Part shown: in pieces, positions 34,997 to 43,430 of the stretch
Position numbering within the stretch: position 1 is the stretch's first letter
How the letters are laid out: each line of letters starts with the position of its first letter
Made by a program: the position numbers and the translations under genes
The notes under the pieces: generated by a model
What the model saw: only the letters and a program-made list of their open reading frames with translations
Database searches by the model: none
Told to the model about the DNA's origin: nothing
NCBI GenBank assembly: GCA_963804385.1
Contig: CAWDQD010000036.1
Coordinates: 13,250-77,249 of the forward strand
Length of the DNA: 64,000 nt
From: an uncultured Candidatus Micrarchaeota archaeon
Lineage (GTDB): Archaea; Micrarchaeota; Micrarchaeia; Anstonellales; Bilamarchaeaceae
Direction of reading: 5' to 3'

Positions 34997-37900
34997 TGAA
35001 ACACGCATACATACTGGCCGCCATGGCGATTATCATCTTCCTTTCCGGTTGCGTCAGCGACAATGTCCAGCTGGGCTGCTGCATCCAGGCCAATGCCACG
35101 GACCTTTCGAACCAAGGATGCGTGCTCTACAACACCACGAGCTTCACCAGCACCGACGATTACTTCTCGAGCACTCACGGATGCAACCTCACCACCCTGA
35201 ACTGCAATGTGACGATAGGGACCGCGGATTATATCATCCCCATCTGCAGCGGGAGCGAGCTGGTATCATGCGTCGAACCCTCGTGCACCGCGATGGTCTG
35301 CGGGGATTTCGCCTTCAAGCCGCAAGCAGCCCCGGGATACAACGATGTGAGCTCGGCGCAGGGGGACGTGCCCGTGAACGGGCAGAGCGCGACCCTCCAG
35401 TTCTACAAGGCGCAATGCAGGTTCCTGCCCATGGATGCGAACCTGAAGAACATCATGTCGAGCTCGAAATCCCAGATAAACGTTTTCAGGATGGGCGTGG
35501 GCGGCTCGTTCGACGACTTCGATCAATACAGGTATTTCTTCCCGATGTCGGATCAGTACTGCAACATCAACCCCCCGCAGAAGGCAGAAGACAAGAGGGT
35601 GGACAGATACATGAACTACCTCTCCGCGGCCAACGGCGGGACCGCGTATGACGGCAACATAACGACAGATTGCCTCAACGACACGACCGCCCCGCCGCCG
35701 TTCCAGTTCAGCGAGGCGCAGGTGCAGAAGACATCCACGCTGCCGAGCGGAGGCACGGTGACGTACGACACGAAAGCGCCGGACAAATCCGAATACGCGA
35801 GCACCTACGAATACCGTCTCGATTATTCAGCCGTATGGAAATCAGGATATTATTCCTATAGCGGCACGAACCCGCTCCCGACCGACGACCAGGTCATGAA
35901 GCAGATAGACGACAATTTCTACAGGAGGGCGCTCACCATAGCGCATGCGAACGATATATACGCCACTGACAACAACGGAGTCTCCAGGGCGGAATTCGAA
36001 TGCGATATCTCTTCGAACGATTGCTTCTCCGGAAGCTGCGATACGAGCGTCTACAACCGGGGCGTGCTCCAGAGCACCGATGCCGCCACTGGAGTGACGA
36101 CGGACGTGGTCGGTGACTGCAACAAGGTTCAGGACGATGTCGGCCTCACGAGGGTCGTTTGCGGAGCCACCAAGAGCGTCACGATCAACAGCGGCAATAC
36201 CGAACCGACCATCGCTCCGGTGGACGTGAACATGCAGACCGCCCTGCTCGTGGACCAGAGGGGGCTGAACGAAGGCAATTCGGGCAGCGGGGCTGGCGAG
36301 AATGGGAACCCGGGCTTCAACGACTACCAATCGCAGAACAATAACCTCTATCAGAGCTACTGGGGCAATTTCTCTTCGTCTGAGATAGTGGACAAAAGCT
36401 TCATGGGGGTAGGATTGTCATACCCGTACGCCCCATGGGCGATCGATTTCTATCTGGCGAAGAAGAAGGACTGCCCGGCCCTTTATGGCTATATCGCCCC
36501 GGGAAGCGCGGATGAGAATGTCACCGTGAACTGCTCCATGGCATTCCCATCAGATTCCCAGCCGCCGGTAATTTTCGGCGTCACGCTGCCTTCGCTGCCC
36601 CCGGACCTCGGAGGCGCGGTGTTCTTCGGCAAGACAGGCGACACGCAGGTGAACTATGCCGGCAGCGACATACTCGGATACGCGATAGCGTCCCCGGATG
36701 ATATCGCGAACATGTACGTCGTGAAGAACTGCGGCATAGACCTCACTCCGATCCAGACGACATTCCCGATCGCGGTGGATAACACCCCGGCATCCTTGTC
36801 TGATTGCCTGAGCCAATGCACGAACATATGCGCCCCTGCGCCCCAAGGCAGCAATATATACAAGAGCTGCAGCACATGGTGCAGCAACGACACTCCGGAC
36901 CCCTCGACACAGCCATGCGAGATGCCCCCCGAGAGCAAAGACGCCATAATGCTGGATGTCCCTGCCCCGACCCAATGGGGAAGGCTGCTCAACGCATTCG
37001 AACCGTATTACGAGCAGAGGATGAAGGCGCTCATCGGCACGGGTTTCAGCGACGGGTGCGGCGGCAGCCTCAATGTGCTGGACGGTGCGATCTCATCAAT
37101 GCCGTGGGTGATGGAGTACAAGAAAGGGGTGAGGACTCCGGATTTCGTACTGGGTGGCGACAGCGATCCGGTGGGATCCGGCCCGCCGGATACGGCGTTT
37201 CCTGAGCAGAACCAATACGACACCGAGGGCGGCCACCTGTTCCTAACATCCCTGCCGGCGCAGATACAGCGGGATAGGAACGTGTTCGATGACCGTATGC
37301 TCAACTTCTCCGGGACGAGCAGCTGCGAGCTGCGCCGGGACACCTACGGCTACTGGGATACCGACGGCCTCAACTATGTCGATACCAACGACGGCTTCGT
37401 TGCACAATATACATACAACCCGTATTACAGCATCGCGTATTCCACGAACATATACCTGTTCAAGTACAACGCCACGACCAACAAGCTCGGCAAATGCGAC
37501 ATAGATTCCGACACGCTGCTGCCGGTCATCAAGACGCTGGGGTGGTGCAAGCCATGCACGACGTCCACGCTCGCGTACCAGAACATAAGCACCACGTCGC
37601 GCGTGTATATCTCCAATTACACGGTGGATGTCGGAGGTCCGACCGCCAAGGACGAGGAAGGGATATGCTCGGTGCAATACGACCACTCGCAGGTGGGTTG
37701 GTTCACCACGACCGCAGACAACGTCTCGTGCTTCAATCCGCATATAAGCGATCTCCAGGACTACCAAGGGGAACTAGGCATCCAGGGTTCGCCCAGGACA
37801 ATCCCTGATGCCACGATAATAAAACAGAAGATCGGGAATTACATGAAATCAGGCGTGCTGCCGGTGCTCGATTTGTCAGATATCAGCAACTGGATCAAGA

Positions 37901-39297
37901 GCAACCCGGATTGCGACTGGGACGCCGCGCACAACAGATGCCGCAACAACGCATTCAATTTCAATTGGTGGAGCACCGCCACATACGGCCCCAAAGGCAA
38001 TTACCTGGACTATGATTTCCAGAACCTGTTCGGCAATATGGGAGCTGCGGTCGTCATAGTCGAGCATGTGAGCAACCTGACGGACCTTAACACAGGGGTA
38101 TCGTACCAATTCCCGTTCTTGGGGGACATAATGGTGGAACCGCCGAAGATACAGACGATCAAGGACCGCGCCCAGATAGTCAGGGATTACTGCCACGACT
38201 GCCTCATCGCTTTCCAGGTGGATTCCCCGGACAATAGCACGGTTTTCGGGGATGTGGTCAGATCGGCCATGGCAGACCCCACCGCGAGAGCGGACGTGGA
38301 CATGATAACATTCGATTATTCCGTGACTTCGCACGATGCCCGCACGCTTGGAAATGCCACCGCGGTGGCCGATGACATAGCGTCCTACGGCCTCGCATCG
38401 TTGCAGAACACCGGAAAACCGACCATGGTGGTCGGACTGAGCGTGAGCGACATCGACATCTATTGGAACAGCAACAATTACAAGACGCTTTTCGACACCA
38501 TAGTGGATGGGCAGGACACGCTCCTCAAGGCGGGCATCATGGGGATAATCTACAGCCCCGCCAGGGACCAGCAGATCGTGGATTCGGGCGGACGGGCGAG
38601 GCCGATACTGCCCGGCTCGCTGAACGGGATAGTCAGCGTGGATCCGACAGGCGCAGGAGTCAAAGACGCGAAATTCTGCGCCCTACAGGACGCGATGCAC
38701 AGGATGTCCACCATACCTCCGAACGCGCTGATCACCAAGACTGAATCTCTGGACAGCGTGAACTGCACCGCATGCACGAGCCTCGATATCAGCCAGGGGA
38801 CGTGCGGGCCTCCGGCAGGCCATTCCGCTCCGGTCTGCGACGACGGGGTGGAATGCACCCTCCCGCCAGGCCTGAGCGCGGGACTCGCGAAATGCCCGGA
38901 AGGTACGGTCATAGCGCAGTGCCCGCTCTGCAGCGACATGACAGGCACCTTCAACTGCACCAAGACGTACGCCAACGGCACGGAAGAGAACATCGCCGGC
39001 GACATGTCGGAGCTTACAGGAGACACGTGGATGGACGTCCTCGCAGGGCTGCCCAAACCGGACAAATGCTGCATACAGGACAGCGCAGGCAACAACTACA
39101 CATACACGAAGCAGACGTATGAGAGCCCGCAGGACAAGCCGGTCGTCTTCTCTAAAACAGGCGACCAGAACCTGGATTGCGGGTTCGGGACTTCGACCAG
39201 CCAGGTCGACACGGTGACATCGTTCTGCAACATCCCGGCCCCGCCGATGAAGGATTACGACATAAACTGCTGCATAGACTGCTCGAAGGCGCCGTGA
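34996..39297 (+). CDS. Giant (1433 aa) Cys-rich secreted lipoprotein-like protein of unknown function
   Basis: TGATG overlap with MP6. The N-terminus MKHAYILAAMAIIIFLSGC carries a lipobox-like LSGC. I count about 55 Cys, dozens of NxS/T sequons, and no further TM. The track ORF start at 34225 is a spurious extension inside MP6. Confidence 0.8.
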   Translation: MKHAYILAAMAIIIFLSGCVSDNVQLGCCIQANATDLSNQGCVLYNTTSFTSTDDYFSSTHGCNLTTLNCNVTIGTADYIIPICSGSELVSCVEPSCTAMVCGDFAFKPQAAPGYNDVSSAQGDVPVNGQSATLQFYKAQCRFLPMDANLKNIMSSSKSQINVFRMGVGGSFDDFDQYRYFFPMSDQYCNINPPQKAEDKRVDRYMNYLSAANGGTAYDGNITTDCLNDTTAPPPFQFSEAQVQKTSTLPSGGTVTYDTKAPDKSEYASTYEYRLDYSAVWKSGYYSYSGTNPLPTDDQVMKQIDDNFYRRALTIAHANDIYATDNNGVSRAEFECDISSNDCFSGSCDTSVYNRGVLQSTDAATGVTTDVVGDCNKVQDDVGLTRVVCGATKSVTINSGNTEPTIAPVDVNMQTALLVDQRGLNEGNSGSGAGENGNPGFNDYQSQNNNLYQSYWGNFSSSEIVDKSFMGVGLSYPYAPWAIDFYLAKKKDCPALYGYIAPGSADENVTVNCSMAFPSDSQPPVIFGVTLPSLPPDLGGAVFFGKTGDTQVNYAGSDILGYAIASPDDIANMYVVKNCGIDLTPIQTTFPIAVDNTPASLSDCLSQCTNICAPAPQGSNIYKSCSTWCSNDTPDPSTQPCEMPPESKDAIMLDVPAPTQWGRLLNAFEPYYEQRMKALIGTGFSDGCGGSLNVLDGAISSMPWVMEYKKGVRTPDFVLGGDSDPVGSGPPDTAFPEQNQYDTEGGHLFLTSLPAQIQRDRNVFDDRMLNFSGTSSCELRRDTYGYWDTDGLNYVDTNDGFVAQYTYNPYYSIAYSTNIYLFKYNATTNKLGKCDIDSDTLLPVIKTLGWCKPCTTSTLAYQNISTTSRVYISNYTVDVGGPTAKDEEGICSVQYDHSQVGWFTTTADNVSCFNPHISDLQDYQGELGIQGSPRTIPDATIIKQKIGNYMKSGVLPVLDLSDISNWIKSNPDCDWDAAHNRCRNNAFNFNWWSTATYGPKGNYLDYDFQNLFGNMGAAVVIVEHVSNLTDLNTGVSYQFPFLGDIMVEPPKIQTIKDRAQIVRDYCHDCLIAFQVDSPDNSTVFGDVVRSAMADPTARADVDMITFDYSVTSHDARTLGNATAVADDIASYGLASLQNTGKPTMVVGLSVSDIDIYWNSNNYKTLFDTIVDGQDTLLKAGIMGIIYSPARDQQIVDSGGRARPILPGSLNGIVSVDPTGAGVKDAKFCALQDAMHRMSTIPPNALITKTESLDSVNCTACTSLDISQGTCGPPAGHSAPVCDDGVECTLPPGLSAGLAKCPEGTVIAQCPLCSDMTGTFNCTKTYANGTEENIAGDMSELTGDTWMDVLAGLPKPDKCCIQDSAGNNYTYTKQTYESPQDKPVVFSKTGDQNLDCGFGTSTSQVDTVTSFCNIPAPPMKDYDINCCIDCSKAP

Positions 39298-39299
39298 CT

Positions 39300-39635
39300 A
39301 TGGGGATAAGAGAAATATTGAAAGGCATGCTCAATCCGCCCAAAAGCGGCGGCAAAGGCCAGCGTCAGTCATGCCCCAACTGCGGGGAGTCGATCAACCT
39401 GAGCATGGAGCGCTGCCCCAAATGCGGGGTCCGGATAAAGAGCATGTTCCGGAGGAAGTGCCCCAGATGCGGCACCCTGAACGAGCTGGACATAAAATCA
39501 TGCGCGAACTGCCATTACGATTTCGAAGCAGAATTGGAAAGGGCTAAAAAAACGTTTTACGTATGCCCTATCTGCGGATATAAGATGGAGGCGCTGCTCA
39601 CGCAGTGCCCTTCCTGCAACACCCGTTTCATGTGA
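39300..39635 (+). CDS. Triple zinc-ribbon protein
   Basis: 111 aa with three CxxC-N11-16-CxxC/H units: CPNCG...CPKCG, CPRCG...CANCH and CPICG...CPSCN. It starts 2 nt after the giant gene's stop. Confidence 0.7.
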   Translation: MGIREILKGMLNPPKSGGKGQRQSCPNCGESINLSMERCPKCGVRIKSMFRRKCPRCGTLNELDIKSCANCHYDFEAELERAKKTFYVCPICGYKMEALLTQCPSCNTRFM

Positions 39636-39639
39636 GTTT

Positions 39640-40206
39640 ATGGTCGAATCATTCAAGCAAGCTGAGAAGAAAATCGAGGCCGAGGCCGCACCCAAGAAGA
39701 AGTTCGTCCACCTACTGGACGAAGAGAACGTGGAGGTCAAGAAGCTCACGGAAGAGGACATCGAGGACTGTGTCAAGGTCATGAGGAGATGCGCCTTCGA
39801 TGTCACCGAAGCCGAGGTCGGGAACATAATATCCTACGGCAAGAGCTTCGGCGCCACGGTCAACCGCATGATAGTTGGCGTCGGCCTCGCGTGGCCCGCG
39901 CACATAGACATGGAAGGGAAGCGCATAACGAGCGGGGAACCGAACGCGCTCTACCTGGAGGATCCGGCCATCCTGCTCTCCTACGAAGGCAGGGGGGTCA
40001 GGAGGATACTGCTCTCGGAAAGGGAGAAGGAGGCGGCATCGTCCAACCTGAAATACGTGATCGGATACCTCTACGAGGACATCCCGAAAGACGAGATCGC
40101 GCATTACATAACCGAGGCAGGCAGCGCCCTGGAGAGGCTCTACCTCTCGGAAGGGTACGAATTCTACAGGACCGACAAGGGCATACTGGCGTTCAAGAAG
40201 GTCTAG
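39640..40206 (+). CDS. Hypothetical protein, weak GNAT-acetyltransferase-like features
   Basis: 188 aa, starting 4 nt after the zinc-ribbon gene. YEGRGVRRILLSEREKEAAS loosely resembles GNAT motif A, and the C-terminal YLSEGYEF..D.G...FKK resembles the GNAT beta-bulge end. This is a weak by-eye call. Confidence 0.3.
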   Translation: MVESFKQAEKKIEAEAAPKKKFVHLLDEENVEVKKLTEEDIEDCVKVMRRCAFDVTEAEVGNIISYGKSFGATVNRMIVGVGLAWPAHIDMEGKRITSGEPNALYLEDPAILLSYEGRGVRRILLSEREKEAASSNLKYVIGYLYEDIPKDEIAHYITEAGSALERLYLSEGYEFYRTDKGILAFKKV

Positions 40207-40898
40207 CACAGCTTCAGCAGCACTTCCGAGAAGCCGAGCGAGCGCATCTTGCCTATTATCGCTTGTGATTTCCTGGTCAGGTGGACCAGATCTGCGTTGC
40301 AGACGCTTATGCTTATCTTCTTGCCGCTCACCTTGAGGGTCGCATCCTTGAATCCGAGCGAAACCACGTATTTCCTCGCGATCTCGGTTTTCCTGGAGAG
40401 GGTCCGTTCATCGTTCGCAGGACGCTCCCAGTTCGGCAGCCCCAGCTCCTTGGCCAGGAGGCGCACCTCCCCCTTGGATGTGTTGCTCTCGAGTATCGGG
40501 CTCTGCAACCCGGCGCTCCTGAAGATGACCATGTTCTTGGCCTTCTGCTTATTGACCGCCGATTTCTCGAAGGCATGCTCCAGCTTGGTTCGCATGGCAA
40601 GGCTTTTCAATGAAGAGTAGGTGTGCATGCTCCTGGGCATCGGCGTACGCTTGCCGGAATCTGATGGGGCCTCCCTAGTATCCATGATCTTGGCCACCCT
40701 TCTGGCCATGGAAAGCTCGTCGCTCGGGTAGGACGATGAGAGCGCCTTGAGCGCCACGGCCTTGTCACCGAGCTCTTGGTGGAGTATCCGTACGAGGAAG
40801 GAATTGTCGACCTCCCCGGATACCGCGGCCAGCGCGCTGTCCAGCTTCCTGATGCTGCTGCGCAGGTCCTTGAGTTTGCTCTCCAAGCTTTTGGCCAT
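40203..40898 (-). CDS. LarE/TIGR00268-like PP-loop family protein with degenerate active-site motifs
   Basis: ALAAVSGEVDNSFLVRILHQELGDKAVALKALSSSYPSDELSMARRVAKIM parallels the family N-terminus (VAFSGGVDSS...), but SGGxDS is replaced by SGEVDN. SPILESNTSKGEVRLLAKELGLPNWERPAN and SLGFKDATLKVSGKKISISV parallel the conserved C-terminal half. The central Cys-containing segment and the CLASR Cys are absent. Confidence 0.55.
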   Translation of the reverse strand: MAKSLESKLKDLRSSIRKLDSALAAVSGEVDNSFLVRILHQELGDKAVALKALSSSYPSDELSMARRVAKIMDTREAPSDSGKRTPMPRSMHTYSSLKSLAMRTKLEHAFEKSAVNKQKAKNMVIFRSAGLQSPILESNTSKGEVRLLAKELGLPNWERPANDERTLSRKTEIARKYVVSLGFKDATLKVSGKKISISVCNADLVHLTRKSQAIIGKMRSLGFSEVLLKLC

Positions 40899-40951
40899 GA
40901 CAAGGCTTATCGATGAATAAGATTAATAAGGTGCTAAGCTGAGTTCTGGTG

Positions 40952-42712
40952 ATGCGCTTACTACATGTGCTCTGTCTCCTGCTGATATCATCGATAGCGT
41001 TCGCTTCTTCGATAGCGCCCGGATCATCCGCGCCATATTGCAACGGAAGCATCACGCAGTACGTGCCTGCGGTCGTAGGGACCGGAGGCGGTCTGGTAGG
41101 GGTGACATTGCAGCTCGTCCCATCGACGGAAGGGAACGGTACCATCTATGCCGGGGTCTATCCGACGCTCGGGACCGACACCCAGGACTCCATCGACCAG
41201 GCGGTCACATACGCATTCGCCGCGTCTAGCAAGGAGCTCTCATGCAACGCGCTCGTCTCCTTCAGTTCTGGGTATGGCACGGGCTACATAGACGGCCCGA
41301 GCGCCGGAGCCGCGTTCACGGTCATGACATACGCCCTGGTGAACAACCGGACGATGCGGAACGACACTATCATGACCGGGACTATAGAGGATGGGGGAGA
41401 TATCGGCGCGGTCGGGGGCCTCTACGAGAAAGCCGATAGCGCCGCCAAGGGCGGTGCGAAGTATTTCATCGCTCCGGTGGAAGGGATATACGAGATGCTG
41501 ATATTGCGGAACGTGGAGAAGATGGATGGCATAACGATCCTCCAGGCGCGCAATGTGAAAGATGCCATAGGTTTCATGCTGGACAACATATCGATAGACC
41601 AGGAGGGCATGCTACCCCAGAACCGGACCGCCCCGGATATACCGTCCTATGATTCCGGCGGGATCTCGTCGTTCATCCCGGTCGCCTCTGGCATGGTATC
41701 GCTCGAGAACGAGACCCTCGCCACCATAAGCGGCACCGACAACGATTCGAACGCGGTGCGCGATTTCTACTCCAGCGAGACGGAAAGGCAATCGAAGATC
41801 CTCAGGATGGGGTACCTCTTCACTGCGGCCAACGAGGCGTTCCTGAATTACATCGACCTCTCCACCATAAAGTCCATACTGGCCAATGACACGGACGTAT
41901 CGGCCAAGAGGGGCGATCTCGGCGTATGCCTCGGCTCCATAACCAGGCCTGCCTTGACCGACAATAATTTCCAGTGGGTGATCGGCGCGGACCTGCGCCA
42001 GGCATGGGCTTATGACAAGATGGCGGGGGACCAGAACGTGAGCGGCATGCTCGAAGACGAGCGGTACCTCGCGATAAACGACATGTCATACGGGATCGCG
42101 TGGTGCGATGTCGCGAAATCCATCCTGGCGGCTGCGCCCCAGGGCGGCACTCCGATAGATGAGAACGCGTGGAAGGCTCTCGCGACGCAGGAGATAGATG
42201 ACGCCAAGAACCTCCCGCTGCAGAAGCCCGACAGCATAGCGAGGCTGGGGATAGCCCAGAACTCGTACAACAACGGCAAATACGGGGCCGCGATATACGA
42301 CGCGGTGTACGCGATGAACAACGAGGAGACCCCGCCCACGGATCCGGAGACCGAGAAGGCCCAGGTCAGCGCGCTCCTCGGGGAGAACATCACTTCGCTC
42401 TGGGGGCAGATATACATGTCCCATGCCGCGTTCCTCTATCAGGACAACGACAGCGCATCGGCCTGGACCGTGGCGAGATTCGCCAAGGAGCTCGATGACG
42501 TGACGAAGCAGATGGAAAACAGCACGGCCACGCAGACTCCCGCGGCTGCGGTCCCGATCAGCCCCCCGGCGCAGGACTATCTCCTCCTGGCAGAGGGATT
42601 CGCGGCATTATCAATCTTTTTATTGGTTGTCGCTGTAATACTACTGATAAGGCGAGCGGATGGAAACGAACGAACTGGTAGGGATTATAGAGCTAAACAA
42701 AAAAAGGGCTGA
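40952..42712 (+). CDS. Secreted, C-terminally membrane-anchored Lon-like (S16) serine peptidase domain protein
   Basis: Signal peptide MRLLHVLCLLLISSIAFASS, followed by the Lon proteolytic core YIDGPSAGAAFTVMTYAL...MTGTIEDGGDIGAVGGLYEKADSAAKGGAKYFIAP (Ser-Lys dyad context). This is followed by a roughly 350-aa unknown domain and the C-terminal TM LLLAEGFAALSIFLLVVAVILLI. No AAA+ module is present. A TATA-like ATTAATAA lies 23 nt upstream. Confidence 0.7.
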   Translation: MRLLHVLCLLLISSIAFASSIAPGSSAPYCNGSITQYVPAVVGTGGGLVGVTLQLVPSTEGNGTIYAGVYPTLGTDTQDSIDQAVTYAFAASSKELSCNALVSFSSGYGTGYIDGPSAGAAFTVMTYALVNNRTMRNDTIMTGTIEDGGDIGAVGGLYEKADSAAKGGAKYFIAPVEGIYEMLILRNVEKMDGITILQARNVKDAIGFMLDNISIDQEGMLPQNRTAPDIPSYDSGGISSFIPVASGMVSLENETLATISGTDNDSNAVRDFYSSETERQSKILRMGYLFTAANEAFLNYIDLSTIKSILANDTDVSAKRGDLGVCLGSITRPALTDNNFQWVIGADLRQAWAYDKMAGDQNVSGMLEDERYLAINDMSYGIAWCDVAKSILAAAPQGGTPIDENAWKALATQEIDDAKNLPLQKPDSIARLGIAQNSYNNGKYGAAIYDAVYAMNNEETPPTDPETEKAQVSALLGENITSLWGQIYMSHAAFLYQDNDSASAWTVARFAKELDDVTKQMENSTATQTPAAAVPISPPAQDYLLLAEGFAALSIFLLVVAVILLIRRADGNERTGRDYRAKQKKG

Positions 42713-43430
42713 GCTCGAATTCAAGAAATCGATTCTCTGTCAACCTTGCGAAGCCGAGATCCTCGAGAACAAAAAAAGGCTGGACGAGCTTTCAGCCAAA
42801 GGCATCGAAGTGGTGCTCCCGAACCAGCGCAGGCTGGATGATCTCGGCAAGGTCCTCTCGGGCTACGGGCCCGCTGAGATCAAGGAGGCCGTGAGGACGA
42901 AAAGCGGCCCCGCCTACGACGCATTGATGCAGCGCGGCGCCATCGTGAAGGCTAACACCGAGAACCGGTTCGAAATCGCCAAGCTCAACATGGAGATAGG
43001 GCGGCTGAGCGTGGAGGAGAAGGCGAAGGCCTTCGAGGTCCTCAAGCTGGGCGCGATATTCGGCCCTATAACATTCACTACGGCAGATGAAGCGGCTATC
43101 AAACGGATAGCGAAATTCATGAGGCGCTGCGGCATCCCGTGCGTGGCTTCTGGCAAGGATATCGTGGCCGGCTCCGATGACGGGGAGGTCAAGATGCCGT
43201 TCGCCAACCGCACGGTGTGGGTGAGCGACGAGGTCCGCAAGAAGCTGGAGGACAACCTGAAGCGCACCCAGCAGGTGAGCATGAAGGTGCAGCTCCGGAA
43301 CGCCGAGAGGCAGGTGCTCTCCTTCGATGAAGCGCAGGAGAAGGACTTCGAGGCGTTGCAGCACGAGTACCTCAATCTCCTCAAAGAGCAGGACGACCTC
43401 CTGAAGGATTTCTTCGGAGAGGAGAAGTAG
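42660..43430 (+). CDS. Hypothetical coiled-coil-rich protein
   Basis: A 256-aa ORF with plausible coding composition and no recognisable motif. It overlaps the preceding gene by 53 nt, so the true start is uncertain. Confidence 0.4.
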   Translation: METNELVGIIELNKKRAELEFKKSILCQPCEAEILENKKRLDELSAKGIEVVLPNQRRLDDLGKVLSGYGPAEIKEAVRTKSGPAYDALMQRGAIVKANTENRFEIAKLNMEIGRLSVEEKAKAFEVLKLGAIFGPITFTTADEAAIKRIAKFMRRCGIPCVASGKDIVAGSDDGEVKMPFANRTVWVSDEVRKKLEDNLKRTQQVSMKVQLRNAERQVLSFDEAQEKDFEALQHEYLNLLKEQDDLLKDFFGEEK

